Shown here: one piece after another, positions 51,001 through 62,995 of the stretch | Position numbering within the stretch: position 1 is the first letter of the stretch | Layout of the letters: the number at the start of each line of letters is the position of its first letter | Source of the DNA: Vitrella brassicaformis CCMP3155 | Lineage: Eukaryota; Protista; Chromerida | Direction of reading: 5' to 3' | Assembly: GCA_001179505.1 (NCBI GenBank) | Contig: CDMY01000224.1 | Location: forward strand, 97,203-161,202 | Length of the DNA stretch: 64,000 nucleotides | Made by a program: the position numbers and the translations under genes | The notes under the pieces: generated by a model | Database searches by the model: none | Told to the model about the DNA's origin: nothing | What the model saw: the letters and a program-made list of their open reading frames with translations, nothing else

Positions 51001-54000
51001 CTCCCATACCTCGAAAACATCTCGGACGTACACACAACACAACCACATAAAGCTTCAAAGCTCCCATGTCAACGGTGCCGGCATTGCCTGTTGTGGTTGT
51101 GGTTGTGGTGGTGTGTGTGTTTGTGTGTGTGTTTGTGTGTGTCACACATGCGATGCCATACAGGGTGTGGGTGAGTCGAGCGGCGTGCTGCAGTACCCTT
51201 TGCTGCCGGACATGGACTTCACTGTCGGCGCACGACTCGACAACAGACTCCCACTCAGAGCACTTGGTACTCAGCACAACAGACAGATCACTGCGAGGTG
51301 GATGGATGAATGGGCATTCATTGTAGCTGTGTGTGTCACTCGCTTGCACCGACAGGCATCCCGGAGCGCTTCTGTGTGCTGACTTACGACCAGAACAACA
51401 AGCAAGTCATCCTTCAGAAGCTCGCCAGAGGTACCTGCAGGACACACCGAGACAGAACAATACACCAGATGCCCACATCAACACACACACACACACATAC
51501 ACCTCCCTCTCGCTCTCCGCTCTGCAGGTGGTGCGTATCATTTGACGGTCAACGGTCGCGAGATCGGTGCGGGCGAGCGCGTGACGCTCTTCAACGGCGA
51601 CAGGATCATCCTGGGGCAGGCACGTGCGATGCGGCTGGTCATGCCGGGAGGGAAGGGGGGCAAAGGGCAGGGGTATGAACCCGATATGGGCATGGGGTGT
51701 GAGGATGGAGAGGAGACGAGGCTCGTGCCCGCCGCCACTCTGCACGCAATGGAGGTAGGTAGGTACCTATGTGTGGATGGATGGATGGACCGACAGAGAG
51801 ACCATGGTGGTACATGGGTGCGTGTGGTGTGTGGTATGTGATGGGGTGTGTGCAGGTAGAAGTGTTGGAGAATTCTCCCGAGCAGGACGCCGTGCTCGAC
51901 ATGCTAGATAGCGTCAGGGTACGCACTCACCAAAGGCACCCGCATTGCATTGCCGTGTGTGCCCTCCCTCCCCTTCTTCGTTCTTTCATGGGCATACAGG
52001 ATGTGTTGGGTTTGTCGAACAGCATCATTCCCTTCATGGCCCGCCAGATCGGCGAGGCTGACCTCCTCGTCAAAGAGGCGGTGCGTGCGTGACGATGCAT
52101 GCATGACACTTCCTTTTCCTTCCTGTCTCATGTATGTCTCTCTCGTGACATTCCCTCCCTGCACACAGAACGAGATACTGAGTGAGTTGCGTCCCGAGGA
52201 CCACCTGCAGTTTGCCGTCGAGATGTCGCTGCCCGTCTTCCCACACGACACAGAGGAACCCACCACCGCAATCCCACAACTCGTAAGCCACCGAGCGGGC
52301 AAGGGAAGGAAACGAACGGCGTCCATTACAATGCATTGCGTCCATTTTTTGATGTGTTCGCTCGCCGCAGGCCGTGCGTTTGTGGCGTCACCCGCACGTC
52401 CCCGTCGACATCAGGGGCCTCACCTCCTCACCCACCAGACGGCTGGCCTTGCACAAGGAAGACATGCAGTCGCAGCAAGAAGCTGACGGCCTGGATGCCA
52501 ACGCAGACACAGAGGGAGAGGGTGGCGAGGAATGCCAAGAGCAGAAGACCATGGCCCAGCCACAGCCACAGCCGCTGCTGCTGTGGCAGCTCGACCGGTT
52601 CAAGGACCGGCTTGACGCCATGCGGGGCGTGTACCAGGACTTCGTGACGACTCAGATGGAGGGAGGGGACAGCGAGTGGACACTGAATCCCTCTAGCGAG
52701 CCGTGGCGCGACCTCACGGGCAGCGAACTTGCCAAAATCACACTGCAGGTATGTTTGCCGGTGATGGGAAGAGATGGATCGCAACGGATGGTGTGATGGT
52801 GTGATGGTTGCAGGAGAAGATATGCTTGTTGGAGCAGCGGGAGGCGGAGAGACAGGCCCTCGAGATGGAGCACCTCACCATGCCGCACCAGGCGGGCGGC
52901 CCATCCTCAAACCTCATGGCCCTGTGCGGAGGCGGACGCACCATACACATCAGCCAGGCGGTCAGGCGAGAATTCTTTATTTTCAAAGCTGATTCCCCAT
53001 TCCCTCCCTTGTTTGTTTTGGTGTGCGTGCAGATGTGCCTCCCTGACCGTGGATCGTACGAGGACGAAGAGAACGACAGCGACTTCGCACACTACCCACA
53101 CATGACCAGACGCAACAAATCCGACACCGCACTCGGAAGGTGAGCCAGCCAGTCACACCGCATCGAACACCATATGCGCACCCCATCCTCTTTTATCTCT
53201 GTCTGTGTTTTAGGAGGCGGGTCCCCAAGAAGCCTGCAGTTGTCCCGAAGATCATTACGATCAGCAGCGGCAGCAATCGCCCCCACGAGACGTCCACCGC
53301 GTCCAAGTCCACAGGCCGCAGCAGCAAGACCAGGCTCATGCAGGGGGGCCGTGCCATGTCGTCGCGTGACACCGGGGCCGACGAGAGCGGCGGGGCGTCA
53401 CCCAAACAGAGGGGGCCATTCGCTGGGGCGACCTCCATGGTGTCCGGCGGCCGCAAGAGCTCACCCACAGGTGGTGCTGGTGCTGGCGTTGGCGTTGGTG
53501 CTTCTGAGGTGGTGCCGAGGGGGGCGGACTCCGCCCTCCGCCTCAATGAGGAACTGGCAAAGGTGAGGAAAGATGCACGGCTGGGATCCCCATGCTGCCG
53601 ATCTTGTCTTCTTTGGCGTTGTGCAGTTGCGCGGTCAGTACGGTCGGCTGTCGAGTGAGCACTTTAGCCTCAAAGCTGCCCACATTCAACTCAAAGTACC
53701 GTTACGACACACAGACGACACACAGATGATGGCGCCTGCAGTGAGATCCATCCATCTCTCCACCCTGTGTCTTCGCGCAGGACGAGGCGGACAAGCTGCG
53801 CACACAGCTCAGGAAGAAGACGCCACGCACCCCAGCACCCCCGGCAAAGGAGGCCGCCGTGCTGAGTCGGCATAGCCACCCAAGATCACATACATTGCTG
53901 ATGTATTGACGCGCGAGGGTGCGTGTGGTGTGGTGTGGTGTGGGTAAATCAGGTGATGTGGAGGCATCGGCCAGGGCGCAGCTGCTGGGGATTATCAAGG

Positions 54001-55980
54001 AGGTGGAGGGGCTGCAGAACACAGAGCAGCAACTGGTGACGCGACTGCTCAGCACCACTGGTACATACCTGTCCACCTATGTGCAGCAGGGAGACACGCA
54101 GAAACCTGTATGCTCACGCCTGTGTGTGTGCGTCAGAGATGAGTGCTGGCAAGCGCCGCATTGGGCTCTCCGCAGCAGAAGTAGATAGACTCCGATCAAG
54201 ACTCGGTAACACACACACACACACACACACAAGAAATCTCTCCTTGACCTCTTCTCGTATGCTATGTGTTGTGTCTGTTTGTCTGTCTGTCTGTCTCCAG
54301 AGACGTTGCAAGCGCTGACCAAAGAGCAGGTGGTCAACGTGCAGGCCATGCGCGGCATCCTCATAAACACTCAAGAACCACCGCCCGGCAAAGACACACT
54401 GCCGCCCCAGACCAACATCGACTCGACCCCCGCAGCCAAGGCAACCGAGGTGGCCGCGCCCGGCCGCCTGCAGTGGCCACACACGATAACATACCTGAGC
54501 GCGCCGGGCGGGGGTGTGGCCGGTCGGGGGTATGGTATGGCGCCACCAGCTGCATCAGCGGCCAAGTGTCCACCTGCCCCTGCCCCTCCCCTGTACAAGG
54601 CCACCTACAGCTACTACCCCGCACCGACGTATGCCAGCCCCAACCAACGAGGGGTGGGTCAACACAGAAAGGATCAAACAGGCAGGCACGGAGGCAGGCA
54701 GCCAGAGAGGAAGGAACGAACATGTGTCTCTCTCTCTCTCTCTATTTCCCTCCCTCCCTCTCTGTGTCTGTAGGGTCCCATGTCGGGTGCGTATGGCCCG
54801 TTGTATGCCCAGCTGCAGCGCGGCTCCAACCAGTACATCCCCAAACCAGCATACCCACCGCCAGTAGGAAGAGCAGCCCCCATGGCAAAGGCACCCTCAC
54901 CCACACCCAGCACCACCGGCAGCTGGCAGGACGCCGTATCGACGGCCATCCGGGGGATCCCCTGGCCCGGCGCGCAACACCTCTCCTATCAGGTCAGAGT
55001 GACCGACAGAGAGCCACGCACACAACATTCACATAAAGACATCTCACCAAAGGACCTTCCTGCAGGCGCCGGTGATGGGCAGCCGTGAGGGCCCGACGGC
55101 AGTACCCATGACACATCGAGAGGGCAAGAACGAGCCAGTTGGGCAGGAGGCCGCGCCACAAGTGGTCCCGAAGTCCCCGCCACTTGACAAGACGGCCAAG
55201 GCGTTCCCTGCACCAAAGAGGGGAGCTGGCGAGCAGGACAATCTGCGGACGTTGGTGCGGTCTGCGAGTATGGGCATTCACGACAGAGCCAACCCGGTGA
55301 GCACAGAAAGAGGTGAAAGAGATGCGCCTCTTTGTTGCTTTACAAATGTGCTGTCGATTGCTTGACGCAGCCTGGGATCAGCCGTGTGACGTCAGTGCCG
55401 CATTTTGGAACGTATATACGATTTGATGTTGGAGAGAGAGGAATCGACAGCGACATATACCATGCCATGCTTGATACATTTATGTGTGGTGCAGTGGTGG
55501 GGCTGTCTATCCGGCCGGCATGCCATCCTACCCCTACCAGGCTGCATCTGTAGCTACGTCGCCTATGGTAAGTTGCCTGCCACCTGTACAAACAACCATC
55601 CATGGGGACTACTCCTCTCTCCCTTTTTTCTGAAGCTGGTGTCGCGCCCGCCCGTCTACCTGCCCATCACCCCCCCGCCCCACCCATCCCACCACCAGCA
55701 GCACCAGCACCAGCACCAGCAGCACCAGCAGCATCAGCAGCATCAGCATCAGCGATACAACATCTATCCGCCGCCCGCCATGGCATACACACCCTCGCAG
55801 AGCACCCCAGACCTACGAGGCGTCACCCGACAGACCACGGCACCCCACACACACGGCATCACCACCACCACGCAGCAGAGGGCGCCCTCACTCGTATCGC
55901 GTGTGGTGGCCGGTGCAGGCAAGCTGTGGACACAGACGACAGCAGGCACGTCAGATGGGCTGGCGGACTACCAGCAGTGA
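48016..55980 (+). CDS. Kinesin-3-like protein (N-terminal motor, FHA, KIF1-type domain, long low-complexity tail) with a degenerate motor
   Basis: Motor segments: VAVR|IRP, ALEGMNGALIAVGAK|GTGKTYTLQG, VAVSFTEIAHNKIR|DLL, LYEHPECGTFVPAL, SKLCLLLKDALMGNSKT. FHA region: LPYLENIS..VNGREIGAGERVTLFNGDRIILG. KIF1-type: WQLDRFKDRLDAMRGVYQ..EPW. The 3' end is the least certain part. Confidence 0.8.
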
Positions 55981-56287
55981 GGGAGCACAGCTAGTGGGGG
56001 ATTTGGGATGCATTAGGAGGGGGAGGTGAATTGAGGGGCAGATAGGTAGCACAGACCGTGGGATGGGGCTGGCTGCATGGATGGGATGCCGTGTAGCTAG
56101 TGTCGATCGCATGACTCACTGACCTACATGGAATTGAATGGGTAAGACCAAATTGTGTCAAGTCTATCTTCCGAGCCACACACATGAGACACGAGCCATG
56201 TACATACGTCCTGGAGCATATATACATCGCACTGACGGTCACGTCCATCCTCCACACTCCACTCCCTCCCCATATCATATGTCTTCC

Positions 56288-59200
56288 TCAAGGTCTTGTC
56301 CCTGGCTGGCTTGACGATGTTGCCAGCGTGACGTACCTAGGCGCTTGTGCCTCGAATGCCGACACCCCGCGGTCTTCCGTTTCGCCTGAGAACAACTTCT
56401 GTTCCATGTCGGTGAGCCATGCGGCGAAGTGGTGGTTGTCGATGAAGACATCGCTGCCGTCGCTGGCGCACATGCGCTGCTCCTCCTGACCCGATATCTC
56501 CTCTGCTTGTGTGCGCTCTAAAAAGTGGTCCACTATCGACCTTCTGTGCGGTGCACATCCCATCCACAGTCTTTCAGTTCGAAGAGTATCTCGCGTCGCG
56601 TGCGTGTGTACTTACCCCTTGGTGTGGTGTCTCTGCTGGGCGAGGTCGGATATGGCCCTGATGTCCAGCAACTGCAAAACATGCAGCAGATTGCCGTGTC
56701 TCTCTCCTGTTGTGTTGTCATTGACTTCCCCAGTGCCCACCAGTTGTATGGCTTCCTGCTCGTCGACTTTTGGGAAAAGGTCTTGAAGTGCGTTGCGGAA
56801 CTCAGCAGCTGTCGTGTAGCCGTTGTCGTCCACATCCATCAACCTGACACATACGCACTCGCACAACGACGATGTCGATACATAGCACGCCTGGCACGGG
56901 CAGGTGGCTTACTTCCACATGGCTTTGTGCAATGTCTCGTTGGGTGTGAAGCTGCCCTGGTCCTTGTACGCCGTCCGACGCTCCAAAATCTGATGAAACC
57001 ACACACCCATCACCGGATGACACTGAGCTGGCTGTCTGTCTGACTTGGAGGACAAGGGATGCGAATTCCTCGTAGTCGAGGACCCCGTTCTTGTCCACGT
57101 CTGCCTCCTGGCACCACCTCAGCAGGTGAGGCGTGAAGGCGGGAAGCATGATGCCGAAGCCCTGCACACACAGATGTGCCGGTGTGTGCAGTCCTTAGTC
57201 CCTTCCTTTGCCTACCTCAATGACGTCGACGGCCTGCCGTATGGTGATGTATTTCGTCTGGTCAACTCTGAAAGATCACGAGCACAACAGATACGACACG
57301 AGTCTTGATGCACTTTGCTGTGGGTGTGACATACATGTTGATCCTGGTGGCGAACGTGTCGAATGCGCTCTTGACGGGCTCCTTGCAGAACTCGGGAAGG
57401 GAGGCGAAGGCAGCACGCAGACGCTGATCGATCAGACACGCAACGCACACGCTGGGCAGTCGGTGCGCCGTCGTCCCGCTTACGCGGTCCTGGGAAGTGA
57501 TGTCATCGGACTTGAGGAACATGATGGCCTTCGATCGGAGGAAGGTCATAATCTGTCGGAGGCATACATATACGTGTCGATGTGTCGACAATTGTCATCG
57601 ACCCACAGAGAGAGATATTGCTGATTGGTCATGTCTCACTCACCTGTGCCTGCCTGCTGGTGGAAAGCGCTTGGTACTGCTGTGTGACCTCCTGTATCGT
57701 CTTCTGGTCCGCCAGGAACTCGATCGACGTGCTGATGGCAAAACTCCTGTGCATGCGTGCAGCACGACACAATGGGGTGGCGTATGGATGTGGCTGTGAT
57801 TGTGACCTGACGATTCTGGGGAATATAATGAGGAGGTTACACATGAGGGGCAAGAGGATGAGGATGAAGGCAAGGAACCCATAGCCGTTCCTTACCCAAC
57901 TCCACTGCCTGAAGGGAGACACGCATTTGGAGAGGCCCTCCTGTCGGGGCGTGTGTGCTAAACTCACTCACCTTCATTTCACATTGAAGAAGCCAACAGT
58001 CGGATTGGCCAGATCCATCGTCAAGAGGACCACGGTAAGGAAGAACAGCGTCCGAAGACAGCCCTGCAGGCCACACAGCACAGACAAGCAACACACACAA
58101 ATCCACACATCTAACATCGATGGATCATGCTCACCTCTGTCTTCTCGATCCCGTTTTTTGTCCAGGTGGAGAACAGCTGCGCCTGTCTGTGTGTCGGCTT
58201 CTTCCTCGTCAGACCCACCTGCCTCACCACCGGCAGACTCTCAAACGGCGCCTTGAGACGCGGCGCCGACAGCAGCTGCTGCAACCCCTCTCGACCCTCG
58301 CTCGCCTGCGCCAAGATGGCGTCCACGTCGATGGCGTCGTAATACCGCTCGTCCAGCACAAAGTCGATCGACGATTTCTTGGGCGCAGGGCGAACGTCGC
58401 TCCGCCGCCTCTCTTCTTGCTCGTCCTCTTCCTCGTCCGACGAAGGGGTCTCCTCCGGTTTGCTTGGCTGTATGTGTATTTCCGGCGGCGGGAGTGACTC
58501 GGTAAGTGACTCTCCGCGGAATGATGCGAGGTCTGAGAGGCTGGCGCGGCCGTCGGCGAGGCCGCAGTAGTGGTACAAGACGAAGTCATCGATCACAGGC
58601 AAAGGGGGCGTCAGCCTGAAAGTGACTCAGGTTAGAGGGTGTGTGGCGGTGTGTGGTCGACTCACTCACTCACTCATTCACTCATTCACTCATTCATTTG
58701 CTCTCCCTACCGGCTGAGGATGCGGTTCATTCTCCACCAGAGCAATACGACGGCCACCGATTGGAGCGGGCACAGGAGGGCGAGGAGAAAGGTGAACTGA
58801 CTGCACGCACAATCAGCCAACGAACACAGAGACACGTCTGTGGATGTGTCCTGCCCCCTCGCAGATCTATCGTGCGGTCGTTTGGTCACCGTGATGTCCT
58901 CAGAAAGCTGTTGAACGAGAGGACGAACCCAAACACAATCGCTATCACCGCCAACATCGCCCAGAAGAGGACGGGCACACGGATGCACGTCAGCAGCACG
59001 GCTGTGAGACGCCGCGAGAGGTACTCGCTGAAACAAAACCTGAGATGTGCGCACACCAGGCAGACGACAGACAGAATGTGACTTGCCGCGTGCACGAATC
59101 TGCCTTGCGTACCTGTCAGGGTGCGGCACAGCGCTTTGGAAGGGGTTGCGGGTGTAGACGAAGCGATGCCTGCGGGCCCAATATGTGAGCATGAAGTTCG

Positions 59201-60170
59201 CCTCCCGCTTTTCACGCCAGCTCATCCCATGACGCCCGTCGCGCACTTGACCAGGTCGGTGGGCGCTGTGTCCTCAGCGCCCTTCCACCGACGCACCACC
59301 CGAGTCACAGCGTGATGAAGGACAAACACGCACACCTGTTGTTCCCCACACAATGAGAACACAGACACACTCACACACAGACACACACACACACACAAGT
59401 ACTGCGGACCGCGTTCGGGTGTGCATGTGTTGTGTTGGGTTTGTGTGTGTGCTTGCCACGTATACGAGAACTCCGACAAAGATGGTCTTGTGTACTTTTT
59501 CGCCCCAATGCAGGAGCGTCGCGTGTTGGCTCACATTCGGGCCCTCCCCAAAGGATATCTTCTCGCCTGCAGCATCCCCCAACATACGAATGCCAGGCTG
59601 TCCATACATACATGAGTGTGTCTTTTTTCCCACCTGTTACTGTCTCCAGGTCTCTTCTTATTCTCCTTTCGTAGAAGTCGAACACGCCCATGGCCACGAC
59701 GCCCCTTATGGCGATGGAGACGAAACACAGGTTCGACACTTCTCGGAACACCACCCCCATCAACTGCGCAAACCCCTTCTGTCTCTCAAAGCGGCTGGTG
59801 AGGCGCTCAAAGCCGATGGACAGCAGCAGCAGCGTTGCAAACGCCCCACTTACCATGGCATAATGCCTGCACACCGCGACAAAAACCCAGACAGGCGCAT
59901 AGATCGGGAGGATCATGGCCGTTTCGGTTGTGTCGGTTGTGTCGGTTGTGTTTGTGTGCGGTACCTTTCGGCCAGCGGGTCATTCAGCTCCTCGATCTCC
60001 TCCTGTGTGAGTTCGCGGAGGTGGCGGCTGATGAGATTGGACTGATCATCGAAGTCTATCGGCGGAGGCACCAGCGCCCGTCCCCCTTGGCCACTGTCGT
60101 ACTGAGCTGCATCGACACACGAACATGCTGCAACAACGACCAACCACGCAAAGAACGTTGGACGCTTCAT
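56288..60170 (-). CDS. MLO-like multi-pass membrane protein with C-terminal EF-hands and an N-terminal signal peptide
   Basis: MLO-like segments in order: LLLLSIGFERL..FREVSNLCFVSIAI, KVHKTIFVGVLVY, VRRWKGAED, FCFSEYLSRRL..VPVLFWAMLAV, GFLAFILILLPL. Canonical EF loops DVDKNGVLDYEE and DVDDNGYTTAAE. Signal-like start MKRPTFFAWLVVVAACSCVDA. 3' end approximate. Confidence 0.7.
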
Positions 60171-61030
60171 GGCTGGTTGGCCGGGGGAACAGCTGAAGCG
60201 AACTGGCGCGCAGAATGTGGGAAAAGGCCAGACGAGACGCCCCCAAGCTGCCCCCAAGTCTCAAGCCGCTGCATGCAACCGGGAGGAAGGAGAGAGGAGA
60301 GAGGACGACAGGATACCAGACACAAGCGAGCCACCCTGATTTGTGTGTGTGTTTCATGGCGTGACCGGTCTGCCCTCTCCATAAGCATGCTTGAGTACAA
60401 TGTGGCTCATTCCCCCGAGTGAGCGAGAAGGTGTTGTGTTGTATGCATATATCCCTTTCCTTGCCCGACCAAACCGATCAGGGCCACCAGCGCCTTCAGT
60501 GTCACCATCTGACGGGGAAAGGAGAGAAATCGTCCATCGATTTATCCTGAACCACTGGCATGGTTGCGCATCACATGATTGTACGCGCGGGATTCTGAAC
60601 TTGAGCACCGACAGATATCGATGGGCCTCGCCGCGAACGCGGCTCGACGAACGGTTACGAGGGGGGAGGGGCCCCCGAGGAATGGGAGGCGATCGGGAAG
60701 GGACACCAGGCAAAATGTCGCACCGAAGTCGATATACACAAATTTCCAGTGATCGCGATTGGCCACGGGCTGAGATTTAGGGTAGTCCGTGAAATTCGTT
60801 GAATTGTATGATCATTATTTTGTGAGAGAATACGACTCATGTACGTTCAGAGGGGTGGATGCAGGCAAAGCGAACAGTGCGTTTGACTTTCACGAAACAC
60901 GCAGCAGCGGTAAAAGTGTGTACTGGCAGTGTGGTTGTGAGTCTCGGTGAGATGTAGACAGGCATTTGTATCGTCGCTATGGACTGTGCCCCCTCCCCCC
61001 CCCCCCTTTGAAATGGGGGGGGGGGGGGGG

Positions 61031-61330
61031 NNNNNNNNNNNNNNNNNNNNNNNNNNNNNNNNNNNNNNNNNNNNNNNNNNNNNNNNNNNNNNNNNNNNNN
61101 NNNNNNNNNNNNNNNNNNNNNNNNNNNNNNNNNNNNNNNNNNNNNNNNNNNNNNNNNNNNNNNNNNNNNNNNNNNNNNNNNNNNNNNNNNNNNNNNNNNN
61201 NNNNNNNNNNNNNNNNNNNNNNNNNNNNNNNNNNNNNNNNNNNNNNNNNNNNNNNNNNNNNNNNNNNNNNNNNNNNNNNNNNNNNNNNNNNNNNNNNNNN
61301 NNNNNNNNNNNNNNNNNNNNNNNNNNNNNN
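61031..61330. other. Assembly gap (300 N)
   Basis: N run following a poly-G tract. Confidence 0.95.
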
Positions 61331-61942
61331 TTCAGAGGGCGCCCATGCTGCTCGCGGGCTAAGATTCGATGCTTAGATACACTGTATACACAACGGTTAC
61401 CGCCCCCAACCAATTTGGCATCTCTCTTGCCCGTCCGTCTGTCCGTGACAACCGTTGAGGGGATGAAGTGCTCACTTTGGCAGTCAACCAAGGTGAAACA
61501 CCCGTACACTGCTTGCCTGCATGTGCAAAACAGCCGTCGTGCGACAATTCATTTCCTCCTCACCTCCCTAAGGCCCTTGAAATCCATACATGCTCCTTTC
61601 TGACCCCCCCTCCCCCCCCCCCCCCCCCCCCCCCCCGGGGGGGGGGGGGGGGGGGGGGGGGAGGGGGGGTCAGAAAGGAGCATGTATGGATTTCAAGGGC
61701 CTTAGGGAGGTGAGGAGGAAATGAATTGTCGCACGACGGCTGTTTTGCACATGCAGGCAAGCAGTGTACGGGTGTTTCACCTTGGTTGACTGCCAAAGTG
61801 AGCACTTCATCCCCTCAACGGTTGTCACGGACAGACGGACGGGCAAGAGAGATGCCAAATTGGTTGGGGGCGGTAACCGTTGTGTATACAGTGTATCTAA
61901 GCATCGAATCTTAGCCCGCGAGCAGCATGGGCGCCCTCTGAA
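61331..61942. repeat. Perfect 612-bp palindrome (306-bp arms, no spacer) centred on a poly-C/poly-G junction at 61636/61637
   Basis: 61331-61636 is the reverse complement of 61637-61942. The ORF track shows identical peptides on both strands. Confidence 0.95.
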
Positions 61943-62680
61943 AAGAATGTCAGTTAATGTTAACTGCACAGAGCGATGTGGCACCCCAAGCCCACTAATC
62001 GTAAGAAATGCCTGGGGCAGTGGACTCATCGACACATGAAATTCAGGGACCCCGGGTCAAGCCCCACACAGAGGCAGCATTCGAACGGCCTGGGCGCCCT
62101 TGAAAAAGAAGGGCAGTCAATGTCATCTGTGCAGGGCGATGCAACATTTCAAGCCCAACAATCGCTGGAAATGCACAGAGCAGGGGACTCATCGACACAC
62201 GAAATTCAGAGACCCCTGGGTCGAGCCCCACACAGAGGCAGCATTCGAACGGCCTGGGCGCCCTTGAAAAAGAGTGGCAGTCAATGTCATCTGTGCAGGG
62301 CGATGCAGTATTTCAAGCCCAACAATCGCTAGAAATGCCCAGAGCAGTGGACTCATTGACACATGAAATTCAGAGACCCCCGGTTCGAGCCTCACACAGG
62401 GGCAGTATTCGAACGACCTGGGCGCCCTCGAAAAAGAGTGGCAGTCAATGTCATCTGCACAGGGCGATGCAGCATCCCAAGCCCAACAATCGTTAGAAAT
62501 GCACAGGGCAGTGTACCCATCGACACATGAAATTCAGAGACCCCTGAGTCGAGCCTCACATAGGGGCAGCATTCGAACGGCCTGGGCGCCCTCGGAAAAG
62601 AATGACAGTCAATCTCAACCGCACAGGACTATACGGCATTCCAAGCCCTCCACTTGCAAGGAATGCATGGGGCCGTGGAT
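61929..62680 (+). repeat. 164-bp tandem repeat array, 4 full diverged units plus a degenerate fifth
   Basis: The ggcgccct anchor recurs at ~61930, 62093, 62257, 62421 and 62585 (spacing 163-164). The unit length is not a multiple of 3. Confidence 0.93.
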
Positions 62681-62995
62681 AAACCCGTCAGAACACATAT
62701 GAGAGACATATGTCTCCACTCTGAGGATCACGTCTTGGGTGCGACCTTGTTTGTCGCATCAACAGCCGACTTTTAATATTCGTATTTTCTCAAGCCTACA
62801 TGTACGGAGTGCTGCTTTTGACTGTGTCACATTGCGTGTTACCTGTTGACTCATACATGAGTGTTTGTCTGATATATGCAGACTCTAGCTGAACGTGTCT
62901 TTGTCTCGCTACGTGTCTCTATTGCCAACCGGCATACACCCTCATGTGCACATGATTCAGGCTCGTTTCTGTTGTATCTGCTTGTGTTCGTATGT

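Noticed and set aside
60775-60782. TTTAGGG telomere-like unit
   Set aside because: A single copy, expected by chance.
61359-62039. Identical ORFs on both strands suggesting a duplicated gene
   Set aside because: They are a direct consequence of the perfect palindrome and show no domain or coding-like composition.
61929-62680. CRISPR-like array or functional tRNA cluster
   Set aside because: Eukaryotic context, whole units are homologous with no unique spacers, and there are no cas genes. The cloverleaf stems pair too poorly for real tRNAs.
61976-62702. Repeated peptide MSSVQGDA..QAQQSLEM.. as a repeat protein
   Set aside because: The 164-bp unit shifts frame in every copy, so the peptides are by-products of a non-coding array.
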